Assembly: GCA_964016885.1 (NCBI GenBank)
Contig: OZ024756.1
Coordinates: 9,176,001 to 9,240,000, forward strand
Source of the DNA: Eledone cirrhosa
Lineage: Eukaryota
Direction of reading: 5' to 3'
DNA length: 64,000 nt
The notes under the pieces: generated by a model
The model's database searches: none
What the model was told of the DNA's origin: nothing
Seen by the model: the letters and a program-made list of their open reading frames with translations, nothing else
Position numbers and translations under genes: made by a program
In this document: piece after piece, positions 40,646 through 51,014 of the stretch
Position numbering within the stretch: the stretch's first letter is position 1
Layout of the letters: the number at the start of each line of letters is the position of its first letter

Positions 40646-41148
40646 TAGCGGTCGCCAACCTTTCGGACCTCATGGACCACTAAATTTAGAATTTTAAATC
40701 CCTCTGACCACTAATATGAATCAATAGTCAATGGTTGAGACAATACTGAAGTGTACCTGTGTCATATATAGGTGTAAAATAATGATCAGAGAACTTCTAT
40801 TTAATTAAACAATACTGAAGTGTACCTGTGTCATATTGTCAATAGGTGATATATAGGTGTAAAATAATGATCAGAGAACTTCTATTTAATTAAACAATAC
40901 TGAAGTGTACCTGTGTCATATTGTCAATAGGTGATATATAGGTGTAAAATTATTTCATGGATGTTAGTTCTTTACTGAGGAGAAGCAATTTTTAGGGGTG
41001 TTATAAAATATATTTTAACCAAATATTATTTTTGTTTTATTATTAATAAAATATAAAAATTGTAAATAATGTCCAAATTTTTCTGCAGACCACCAAAGTT
41101 TTCTCTCAGAGCATCAGGGGTCTGCTGACCACCTGTTGGCGACCGCTG
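40646..41148. mobile_element. hAT/Charlie-like MITE with internal tandem duplication
   Basis: TIR TAGCGGTCGCCAAC / GTTGGCGACCGCTG; flanks ATCTAGGG and TTCTAGAA. Confidence 0.75.
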
Positions 41149-41398
41149 TTCTAGAATGTTCTACATTATTTTTCTTTCTTCAAATATTACTTATATTTTT
41201 CAATATACATATATAAAATGAAGGAAGTGTGGTAAGGAACCAAGTGGACCATAACGCACCAGAGTACTCAATACTTTGGGTAGTAGAGTGGGTAATAGGA
41301 AAAGAGTCATGAACCCCGACGGCTGAGCTCTGGCTGTTTCGACAGCTAGATCAGAACTAGCTGTCAAAACGGCCGGACTCTTTTCCTATATATATATA

Positions 41399-41727
41399 TC
41401 ATCATTTTACGTCCGGTTTTCCCTGCTTGCAAGGGTGGGACGGGAACTGATTCTGGCTTGATTTCTACAGCTGGATGCCCTTCCTAACACCAACCTCATT
41501 TACAGTGAGTGCTGGGTGCTTTTTTGCCGTGGCACCTCCATGACCACTTTGCAGTGGAATGATATGGACCCCAGTCCCTATCATCTCATTTCTACAACTG
41601 AGTAAACTGGAGCAACGTGAAATAAAGTGTCTTGCTCAAGGAAACAACACATCACCCGGTCTGAGAATTGAACTCAGAACCTTTCGATTGCAAGGCCAAT
41701 GCTCTAACCACTAAGCCATGTGCCTCC
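41399..41727 (-). mobile_element. SINE family A copy
   Basis: Reverse complement of 767-1102. Confidence 0.88.
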
Positions 41728-41736
41728 ATGTATATA

Positions 41737-41925
41737 TAATTGTTTCTACTTTTGGCACAAGGCCAGCAATTACCCAGTACATTACTAGTACTTTATTTTA
41801 TCGACCCCCTAAGGATGAAAGGCAAAGTTAACCTCGGCGGGATTTGAACTCAGATCGTAAAGGGGCGTAACTACGCTAGAAAACATGTCTGACCCTCTAC
41901 CAATACTGCCATAATGTTAGGCGGT
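41737..41925 (-). mobile_element. Meta-domain-like tRNA SINE; also ~1345-1449, 3515-3640, 16420-16620, 24530-24728, 25276-25660, 42350-42517
   Basis: GAGTTCAAATCCCGCCGAGGT.AACTTTGCCTTTCATCCTT..GGGGTCGATAAA.TAAAGTACCAG. Confidence 0.72.
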
Positions 41926-42015
41926 AACAAGTCTGAAGAGTAGATCAGGCTGGAGTCGGGTCTATAGCGGCGTTAATATCCTGAGACAGCAATCTGTGAA
42001 ACGGTCGTAACTGTG
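41926..42015 (+). ncRNA. Hammerhead-like motif with long stem II insert; second copy at 28861-28951 (-)
   Basis: AGT CTGAAGA GTAGAT..~46 nt..ATCTGT GAAA CGGTCG TA ACT. Confidence 0.6.
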
Positions 42016-42703
42016 TATAAGAGAGACCTTAATGTGAAACCTCGCTTTGTTTCCAATATATATATATTGGGTGTATAGGTTACACGACAAAAAGCGCCCA
42101 GCACACACTGTAAAGTGGTCGTGTAGGTGACATGACAAAAAGCACCCAACACACACTGTAAATGTGGTTGGTGTCAGGAAGGGCATCCAGCCAAAGAAAT
42201 CAACCCAAAACCAGTCTTATATAAACAAGTCATGGTCATCTGACCTGGCTTGTCTCATAATGGCACAACCCGTCTAACCCATGCTAGCATGGAAAATGAA
42301 CATTTAGTGATGATGATGATATATATATATATTTATATATTTTATATTACATTAGTCGGACGCCATGCTTTCCAGCATAGTTACGTCCCTTGATGGTCTG
42401 AGTTCAAATCCCGCCGAGGTTGACTTTGCCTTTCATCCTTACGGGGTCGATAAAATAAAGTACCAGTAATGTACTGGTTAATTGCTGGCCTTGTGCCAAA
42501 AGTAGAAACAATTATTAATTTACAATTGGCCTCTCATTGGTTCATTGCATTTCCAAAGGTGAGAGTAACAGGGAGCTCTCAGTGTAACTTGGGCAAAACA
42601 AATATCAAAAGGGATTTTTGTTTGAAATCACCAGTTTTATTGGTTTCTACAAAAATGTTTATAATGTTTACCCATCATGATCATTATCACTGTTTAACAC
42701 CTG

Positions 42704-44520
42704 CTTTTCCATGCCTACATGGGTTAGACAACTCTTTTCCATGCCTACATGGGTTAGACAACTCCTTTCCATGCCTACATGGGTTAGACAACTCCTTTCC
42801 ATGCCTACATGGGTTAGACAACTCTTTTCCATGCCTACATGGGTTAGACAACTCCTTTCCATGCCTACATGGGTTAGACAACTCCTTTCCATGCCTACAT
42901 GGGTTAGACAACTCCTTTCCATGCCTACATGGGTTAGACAACTCTTTTCCATGCCTACATGGGTTAGACAACTCCTTTCCATGCCTACATGGGTTAGACA
43001 ACTCCTTTCCATGTTTGCATTGGTTAGACAACTTCTTTCCATGCCTACATGGGTTAGACAACTCCTTTCCATGTTTGCATTGGTTAGACAACTCCTTTCC
43101 ATGCCTACATGGGTTAGACAACTCCTTTCCATGCCTACATGGGTTAGACAACTCCTTTCCATGTTTGCATTGGTTAGACAACTCCTTTCCATGCCTACAT
43201 GGGTTAGACAACTCCTTTCCATGCCTACATGGGTTAGACAACTCCTTTCCATGTTTGCATTGGTTAGACAACTCCTTTCCATGCCTACATGGGTTAGACA
43301 ACTCCTTTCCATGCCTACATGGGTTAGACAACTCCTTTCCATGTTTGCATTGGTTAGACAACTCCTTTCCATGCCTACATGGGTTAGACAACTCCTTTCC
43401 ATGCCTACATGGGTTAGACAACTCCTTTCCATGCCTACATGGGTTAGACAACTCTTTTCCATGCCTACATGGGTTAGACAACTCCTTTCCATGCCTACAT
43501 GGGTTAGACAACTCCTTTCCATGTTTGCATTGGTTAGACAACTTCTTTCCATGCCTACATGGGTTAGACAACTCCTTTCCATGTTTGCATTGGTTAGACA
43601 ACTCCTTTCCATGCCTACATGGGTTAGACAACTCCTTTCCATGCCTACATGGGTTAGACAACTCCTTTCCATGTTTGCATTGGTTAGACAACTCCTTTCC
43701 ATGCCTACATGGGTTAGACAACTCCTTTCCATGCCTACATGGGTTAGACAACTCCTTTCCATGCCTACATGGGTTAGACAACTCTTTTCCATGTTTGCAT
43801 TGGTTAGACAACTCCTTTCCATGCCTACATGGGTTAGACAATTCCTTTCCATGCCTACATGGGTTAGACAACTCCTTTCCATGCCTACATGGGTTAGACA
43901 ACTCCTTTCCATGCCTACATGGGTTAGACAACTCTTTTCCATACTTGCATTGGTTAGACAACTCCTTTCCATGCCTACATGGGTTAGACAACTCCTTTCC
44001 ATGCCTACATGGGTTAGACAACTCCTTTCCATGCCTACATGGGTTAGACAACTCTTTTCCATGTTTGCATTGGTTAGACAACTCCTTTCCATGCCTACAT
44101 GGGTTAGACAATTCCTTTCCATGCCTACATGGGTTAGACAACTCCTTTCCATGCCTACATGGGTTAGACAACTCCTTTCCATGCCTACATGGGTTAGACA
44201 ACTCCTTTCCATGTTTGCATTGGTTAGACAACTCCTTTCCATGCCTACATGGGTTAGACAACTCCTTTCCATGCCTACATGGGTTAGACAACTCCTTTCC
44301 ATGCCTACATGGGTTAGACAACTCTTTTCCATGTTTGCATTGGTTAGACAACTCCTTTCCATGCCTACATGGGTTAGACAATTCCTTTCCATGCCTACAT
44401 GGGTTAGACAACTCCTTTCCATGCCTACATGGGTTAGACAACTCCTTTCCATGCCTACATGGGTTAGACAACTCCTTTCCATGCCTACATGGGTTAGACA
44501 ACTCTTTTCCATACTTGCAT
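42704..44520. repeat. 30-bp minisatellite (~60 copies) derived from the RTE 3' terminus
   Basis: TTTCCATGCCTACATGGGTTAGACAACTCC with variant ATGTTTGCATTGG. Confidence 0.95.
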
Positions 44521-44593
44521 GAATTAGAGGAAAATGGATGTTAAATGATGATGATATATATATATATATATATATGTTTTCTTTTTCTTCCAG

Positions 44594-44709
44594 TGACATC
44601 ATTACAGAATGCTTGCCGTGAAATCATCTTACAAATGGTTCGCAAAGAAGATATTGATATATTACCGTTGCCTACCAAGTTAAAGCAATTCCTGTTATAC
44701 GAAGTCTGA
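44594..44709 (+). CDS. NEURL2: NEURL2-like last coding exon, SOCS box (VTSLQNACREIILQMVRKEDIDILPLPTKLKQFLLYEV*)
   Basis: Polypyrimidine tract + cag acceptor; phase 1 matches; BC-box SLQ..CR and cullin-box LPLP..LK.FL; total 264 aa; absent from the ORF track. Confidence 0.93.
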
Positions 44710-44960
44710 AAAATTACTTGAAGAAAATGTCTGATTCCTCCTCTTGTGTGATATTTGAAACATTGGACAACACATCCCCTCCAACATCCCACTAACTTAT
44801 CTGCCCTTTTTTCAAGGTTAGATCAAGTTCGGATTCTAAATAATTCCCACCTCATTTTTCTTTTTTTTTTTAGACACATCTTGACACTTGTTTCTCTGAA
44901 GGTGTAAAATCCATTGCTGCTGCTATTACTACTGCTAATACCATCTCTAAAACCTCTTTC

Positions 44961-44966
44961 AATAAA
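44961..44966 (+). terminator. Candidate polyadenylation signal of the NEURL2-like gene
   Basis: AATAAA ~250 nt after the stop codon. Confidence 0.3.
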
Positions 44967-45397
44967 TTTGCTACTAGTTGTGAAAATATATTCTATCAAC
45001 TAACCCAAACTTGTTCTTAAATGGACCAGAATTGTTTTGTAGTGACGACAGTTTTTGTAAGTTATTTTTGGGTTAGTAAATTGATAGCTGTTTTTTAGTA
45101 TTATTATATCATGTATATATATTTTGTACAAGGCAATATCTGTAAGGAATATATATTTTTTATTTATACAGTATTTTTTAATAGTTTATCAGCAAATATG
45201 CATTGGAAAAACAAAGAAATCTAAAACATCTCCACTTATATAAATATTCTTTGAACTTTGGTTCATCTATGGATTGATTAGAATTGGAAAGATAAGTCTT
45301 CATTATCTTCTAATGCTAATTAACTTAATTAAAACTCATGCTATTGTTACATTCTATTCATTTGAGTTAATTATTTCTCATGAGAAAATATTTTATA

Positions 45398-47800
45398 TTA
45401 ACCTTTTAGCATTTAAACCAGCAGTATCTGGCCAGAATTCTCTCACATCTTTCGTTCAAACCGGCTGTAACTGGCCACTCATATTGATGTTAAGGTATTG
45501 TTCCCAAAATAAATAATATCGAAATTTCATTGATTCGATATTATGTGAAGTAATTATCTAAGATAAAGTCTTTACTGTGCAAATACAATTCTCTCACATC
45601 TGTTGTTCAAACCGGCTGTAACTGACCACTCATACTGATGTTAAGGTATTGTTCTCAAAAAAATATATTAAAATCTCATTGATTCGATATTATGTGAAGT
45701 AATTATCTAAGATAAAGCCTTTACAGTGAAAATACAATAGTATATATAGAGTAATGTAAATGCTAAAGGGTTATTATGTGAGGTAAAGCCTTTACAGTGA
45801 AAATACAATAGTATATATAGAGTAATGTAAATGTTATGTGAGATATGGGAGGTAAAGCCTTTACTGTGAAAATATAATAGTATATATAGAGTAATGTAGA
45901 TGTTATGTGAGGTAAAGCCTTTACTGTGAAAATACAATAGTATATATAGAGTAATGTAAATGTTATGCGAGGTAAAGCCTTTACTTAGAAAATACAATAG
46001 TATATATAGAGTAATGTAAATGTTATGTGAAATATTATGTGGGGTAAAGCCTTTACTGTGAAAATACAATAGTGTATATAGAGTAATGTAAATGTTATAT
46101 CAAATATTATGTGAGGTAAAGCCTTTACTGTGAAAATACAATAGTATATATAGAGTAATGTAAATGTTATGTGAGGTAAAGACTTTACTGTGAAAATACA
46201 ATAGTATATATAGAGTAATGTAAATATTATGTGAGGTAAAACCATTACTGTGAAAATATAATAGTAAATATAGAGTAATGTACATGTTATGTGAGATATT
46301 ATGTGATGTAAAGCTTTTACTGTGAAAATACAATAGTATATATAGAGTAATGTAAATGTTATGCGAGATATTATGTGAGGTAAAGCCTTTACTGTGAAAA
46401 TACAATAGTATATATAGAGTAATGTAAATGTTATATGAAATATTATGTGAGGTAAAGCCTTTACAGTGAAAATATAATAGTATATATACAGTAATATAAA
46501 TGCTATGTGAGATATTACATGAGGTAAAGCCTTTACTGTGAAAATACAATAGTATATATAGAGTAATGTAAATGTTATGAGATATTACGTAAGGTAAAGC
46601 CTTTACTGTGAAAATACAATAGAATATATAGAGTAATGTAAATGTTATGTGAGATATTATGTGAGGTAAGACCTTTACTATGAAAATACAATAGTATATA
46701 TAGAGTAATGTAAATGCTATGTGAGATATTATGTGAGGTAAAGCCTTTACAGTGAAAATACAATAGTATATATAATGTAAATGCTATGTGAGATATTATG
46801 TGAGGTAAAGACTTTACTGTGAAAATACAATAGTATATATAGAGTAGTGTAAATGCTATGTGAGATATTATGTGAGGTAAAGCCTTTACTGTGAAAATAC
46901 AATAGTATATATAGAGTAATGTAAATGTTATGTGAGATATTATGTGAGGTAAAGCCTTTACTGTGAAAATACAATAGTATATATAGAGTAATGTAAATGT
47001 TATGTGAGATATTATGTGAGGTAAAGCCTTTACTGTGAAAATACAATAGTATATATAGAGTAATGTAAATGTTATGTGAGATATGTGAGGTAAAGCCTTT
47101 ACTGTGGAAATACAATAGTATATATAGAGTAATGTAAATGCTATGTGAGATATTATGTGAGGTAAAGACTTTACTGTGAAAATACAATAGTATATATAGA
47201 GTAATGTAAATGTTATGTGAGATATTATGTGAGGTAAAGCCTTTACTGTGAAAATACAATAGTATATATAGAGTAATGTAAATGCTATGTGAGATATTAT
47301 GTGAGGTAAAGACTTTACTGTGAAAATACAATAGTATATATAGAGTAATGTAAATGTTATGTGAGATATTATGTGAGGTAAAGCCTTTACTGTGAAAATA
47401 CAATAGTATATATAGAGTAATGTAAATGCTATGTGAGATATTATGTGAGGTAAAGACTTTACTGTGAAAATACAATAGTATATATAGAGTAATGTAAATG
47501 TTATGTGAGATATTATGTGAGGTAAAGCCTTTACAGTGAAAATACAATAGTATATATAGAGTAATGTAAATGCTATGTGAGATATTATGTGAGGTAAAGC
47601 CTTTACTGTGAAAATACAATAGTATATATAGAGTAATGTAAATGTTATGTGAGATATTATGTGAGGTAAAGCCTTTACTGTGAAAATACAATAGTATATA
47701 TAGAGTAATGTAAATGTTATGTGAGATATTATGTGAGGTAAAGCCTTTACAGTGAAAATACAATAGTATATATAGAGTAATGTAAATGCTAAAGGGTTAA
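45398..47800. repeat. piggyBac MITE-derived 60/72-bp satellite (~2 kb)
   Basis: Unit GTGAGGTAAAGCCTTTACTGTGAAAATACAATAGTATATATAGAGTAATGTAAATGTTAT(+GTGAGATATTAT); bounded by MITE TIR/TTAA ends. Confidence 0.9.
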
Positions 47801-47976
47801 ATATATTTATTAACTTTCAGGTTACTCACAGACACAGACACGCATGTAAATATGTAAATATATTATATTAGAAATAATTGGGGCCCAACAGCTGAGCTCT
47901 TGCCCTTTCAACAGCTAGTTCCATACTACTATCCCAAGTATCAAGTACTCTGTTGAATAATGGTCTAACTAGTTTG

Positions 47977-48011
<35 letters not shown>

Positions 48012-48020
48012 CTTGTGTAC

Positions 48021-48052
<32 letters not shown>

Positions 48053-48085
48053 GTATGAGCATGTGTATGTGTGTGTATATATATC

Positions 48086-48957
48086 CAGGGTGCGGACGAT
48101 ATTTGTTCGCAAGATTACTGTCTAGGAAAAAATAACAGTAGTTTTATGTAATAAGATTTATTTATCAAATTTGGGTCAGTTTGTCTTCATGACTTGTTCT
48201 TTCGATCTCACTCGATAAACCCGCCATCGGCTTTGATGACGGCCTCAAGGCGGCCTCGGAACCGGCTACAGGCTTTCGTCACTGTCCCCGACTTAGGCCC
48301 CTAAAGGCACTTGTGATCCTGGCCTTCAGATCGTCTTTCGTATTGCAGCTAGATCTGTTGGTGTCTCATTCCACTACACCCCACACAAAAAAGTCGAGGG
48401 GGTTGCAGTCAGGCGAGCTGGGAGGCCAGATGTCAGGTGAAGTGTGGTCGACGAAGTTCTCTGACAGCCAGGCTTGGGTCTTTCGGCTGGTATGGCAGGG
48501 TGCTGAGTCTTGCTGCCACACGTACGGCCTACCTGAAGCTACCTGGTCGATCCAGGGCTTTACTGCCTCGCTCAGAACGCGGATGTAGCCATCGGTGTTC
48601 AGCTTGAGGCCCTCAGGGAAGAAGTGAGGTGGCATGACGACACCTAAGACCAATGTTGTTGCTGGAAACTTTGTCTGCATGACTCTGGGCACGTCTTTGG
48701 ATGAGACAGCGAGCCACCTGTTGTTCTGGGAGTTGATCTTCTGGTCCTTATTTGTCCTCCCGGCACGGATTCCAAGAAGAACTCCGTGTCTCTTCCACAA
48801 ATTTGGAGGTTCAAAATTATTCATAATCAATTATTCTAAAAATAAATAATGGAAATATAGTCACTGTTTTTATGAAGACAAGAGTGTCAACGGAAGTAAA
48901 AAAAATTTGCATAAAATTAGCAGTTGAAAATTGCGAACAAATATCGTCCACACCATG
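48086..48957 (-). mobile_element. Internally deleted Tc1/mariner-superfamily transposon, DD37D (maT) type
   Basis: ~27-bp TIRs CAGGGTGCGGACGATATTTGTTCGCAA / TTGCGAACAAATATCGTCCACACCATG(TA); WQQDSAPCH..WPPSSPDCNPLD with 37 aa between D2 and D3. Confidence 0.9.
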
Positions 48958-49343
48958 TATGAGCATGTGTATGTCATCATCATCATCATCATCATTTAAC
49001 GTCCATCTTCCAAGCTTGCATGGGTTTGGACATATATATATATATACGTATGTGTGTATATATATATATATATATATGAGCATGTGAATGTATATATATA
49101 TATGTGTATATATATATATATGTATGAGCATGTGAATGTGTATGTATGTGTATATATATATATATGTATGAACATGTGAATGTATATGTGTGTATATATA
49201 TATATATGTATGAGCATGTGTATGTATGTATATATATATATATATGTATGAGCATGTGTATGTATGTATATATATATATATATATATGTATGAGCATGTG
49301 TATGCATGTATGTATATATATATATATATATGTATGAGCATGT

Positions 49344-49383
<40 letters not shown>

Positions 49384-49650
49384 ATGTATGTATATATATA
49401 TATATGTATGAGCATGTGTATGTATGTATATATATATATGTATGAGCATGTGTATGTATGTATATATATATATATATATGTATGAGCATGTGTATGTATG
49501 TATATATATATATGTATGAGCATGTGTATGTGTATATATATATGTGTGTGAGTGTGAGGATGTGTATGTGTGTATATATATATATATAAATATATGTATG
49601 TATGTGAATGTATATGTATATATATATGTGTGTGAGTGTGAGGATGTGTA

Positions 49651-49686
<36 letters not shown>

Positions 49687-49780
49687 AGTATGTATGTGAA
49701 TGTATATGTATATATATGTGTGTGAGTGTGAGGATGTGTATGTGCATATATATATATGTATATATATATATATTATTTTA
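48958..49780. repeat. Compound (TA)n/(TG)n microsatellite
   Basis: TATATA/GTATGAGCATGTG units. Confidence 0.9.
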
Positions 49781-50139
49781 TATAGAACTGACTTTCACCA
49801 CTGTTTCATTCATATGAAGTCATCTATACATTATATAAAGGAGAGATGTTTGTAAGTTGGTTCCTTTGTGCATCACACAATGAAAACTGACAACCAGAAA
49901 GTAAGTACAGCAATGGAATAAGGGTTTAATACCCAGGAAGGTTTATTGATAATAATTATATAACATCAAACAAGAAAAATATTTGGGTATGTTAACCAAC
50001 CTGACTGCTATTTCTAACAGGTTGGTAGTCAACCATAAGGGGTTCTCTCTCTACATTCGTTGTTAGTCTCCACTTCGAATGCTGGTTTGCACACACACAT
50101 GCACGTGTGCATACACATACACACATTTATATACAATTA

Positions 50140-50703
50140 TCTATATATCTACATAAAATATAAAAGATTGTAACTTCCATCATATTTTTGAGAAACGTGG
50201 ACCTACTACTTCTATGCAATGGCACACATTTTACAGCCTGGAGGATGAACCATCTCCTAGAGGTCACTATTCTTGGAGGCAATCATCAAGGAGAAAATGC
50301 ATTTACTCTCAAGATTCTTCTTACCTTGTCCTCTACTGAGCTGCTAATCTCAAGACTTCAGTTCCTTGTTAGAACCAGTTTTGCTATGACCATAAATAAA
50401 GCTCAGGCTCAGAGTTTCAAAGTTGTAGAATTGAATAAAAGAGAATCACTTTTTACCCATGGACAGTTTTATGTAGGTTGTTCACGAGTGGAAATACCTA
50501 GAAATCTTCATATACTATGCACAAATGGCAAAAGGAAAAATCTGGTGTATCTGGAAGATATATTACTGTTTATTGTTTTGTAACACACACCACGGTCTCG
50601 CCTCATACTGTAAACCAGACAAACATCCAATACAGTCATTTTTTTTTCTACCTATCTTCTCCTATCATCTGTTTACCTGGGTAAATCTGGGTACATCAGC
50701 TAG
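50140..50703 (+). mobile_element. Helitron remnant (PIF1-like helicase C-terminus + CTAG 3' end)
   Basis: RLQF.VR.SFAMTINKAQ.QS..FTHGQ.YVGCSRV; degenerate subterminal hairpin then CAGCTAG|T; TC-start candidates at ~50140 and ~49823. Confidence 0.8.
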
Positions 50704-51014
50704 TTTCTATATAAAATAAAGATGCCTATATTCTACTAACGTATTGAGTACATTTTTTTAACTGTGGTCACCTCCCAGTACCCATTGGGAACCCACCCGT
50801 AAATTATATATATATTAAAAAGGTAGAATCCCAGCTTTGGGCCCTGCTATCTCAGCCTGTTTTCTTAAGGATACCCTTCAGAAAATAAGCAGAAGTCACA
50901 GGGTCTGTGGTCAAGATTCTACCTCTTTAATATACCCACTCTGTATCTTAATATACATCGAGTGCTACCCTGAATTGTGGTCTTCGCACTGCGGCCACTC
51001 TATATATATATATA

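Noticed and set aside
42469-44602. Four overlapping 600-690 aa ORFs
   Set aside because: Stop-free translations of a 30-bp tandem repeat inside the NEURL2 intron
45707-47763. HSKGFTSHNI repeat ORFs
   Set aside because: Translations of the MITE-derived satellite
50188-50583. Host PIF1 helicase gene
   Set aside because: Isolated degenerate C-terminus followed by a Helitron CTAG end
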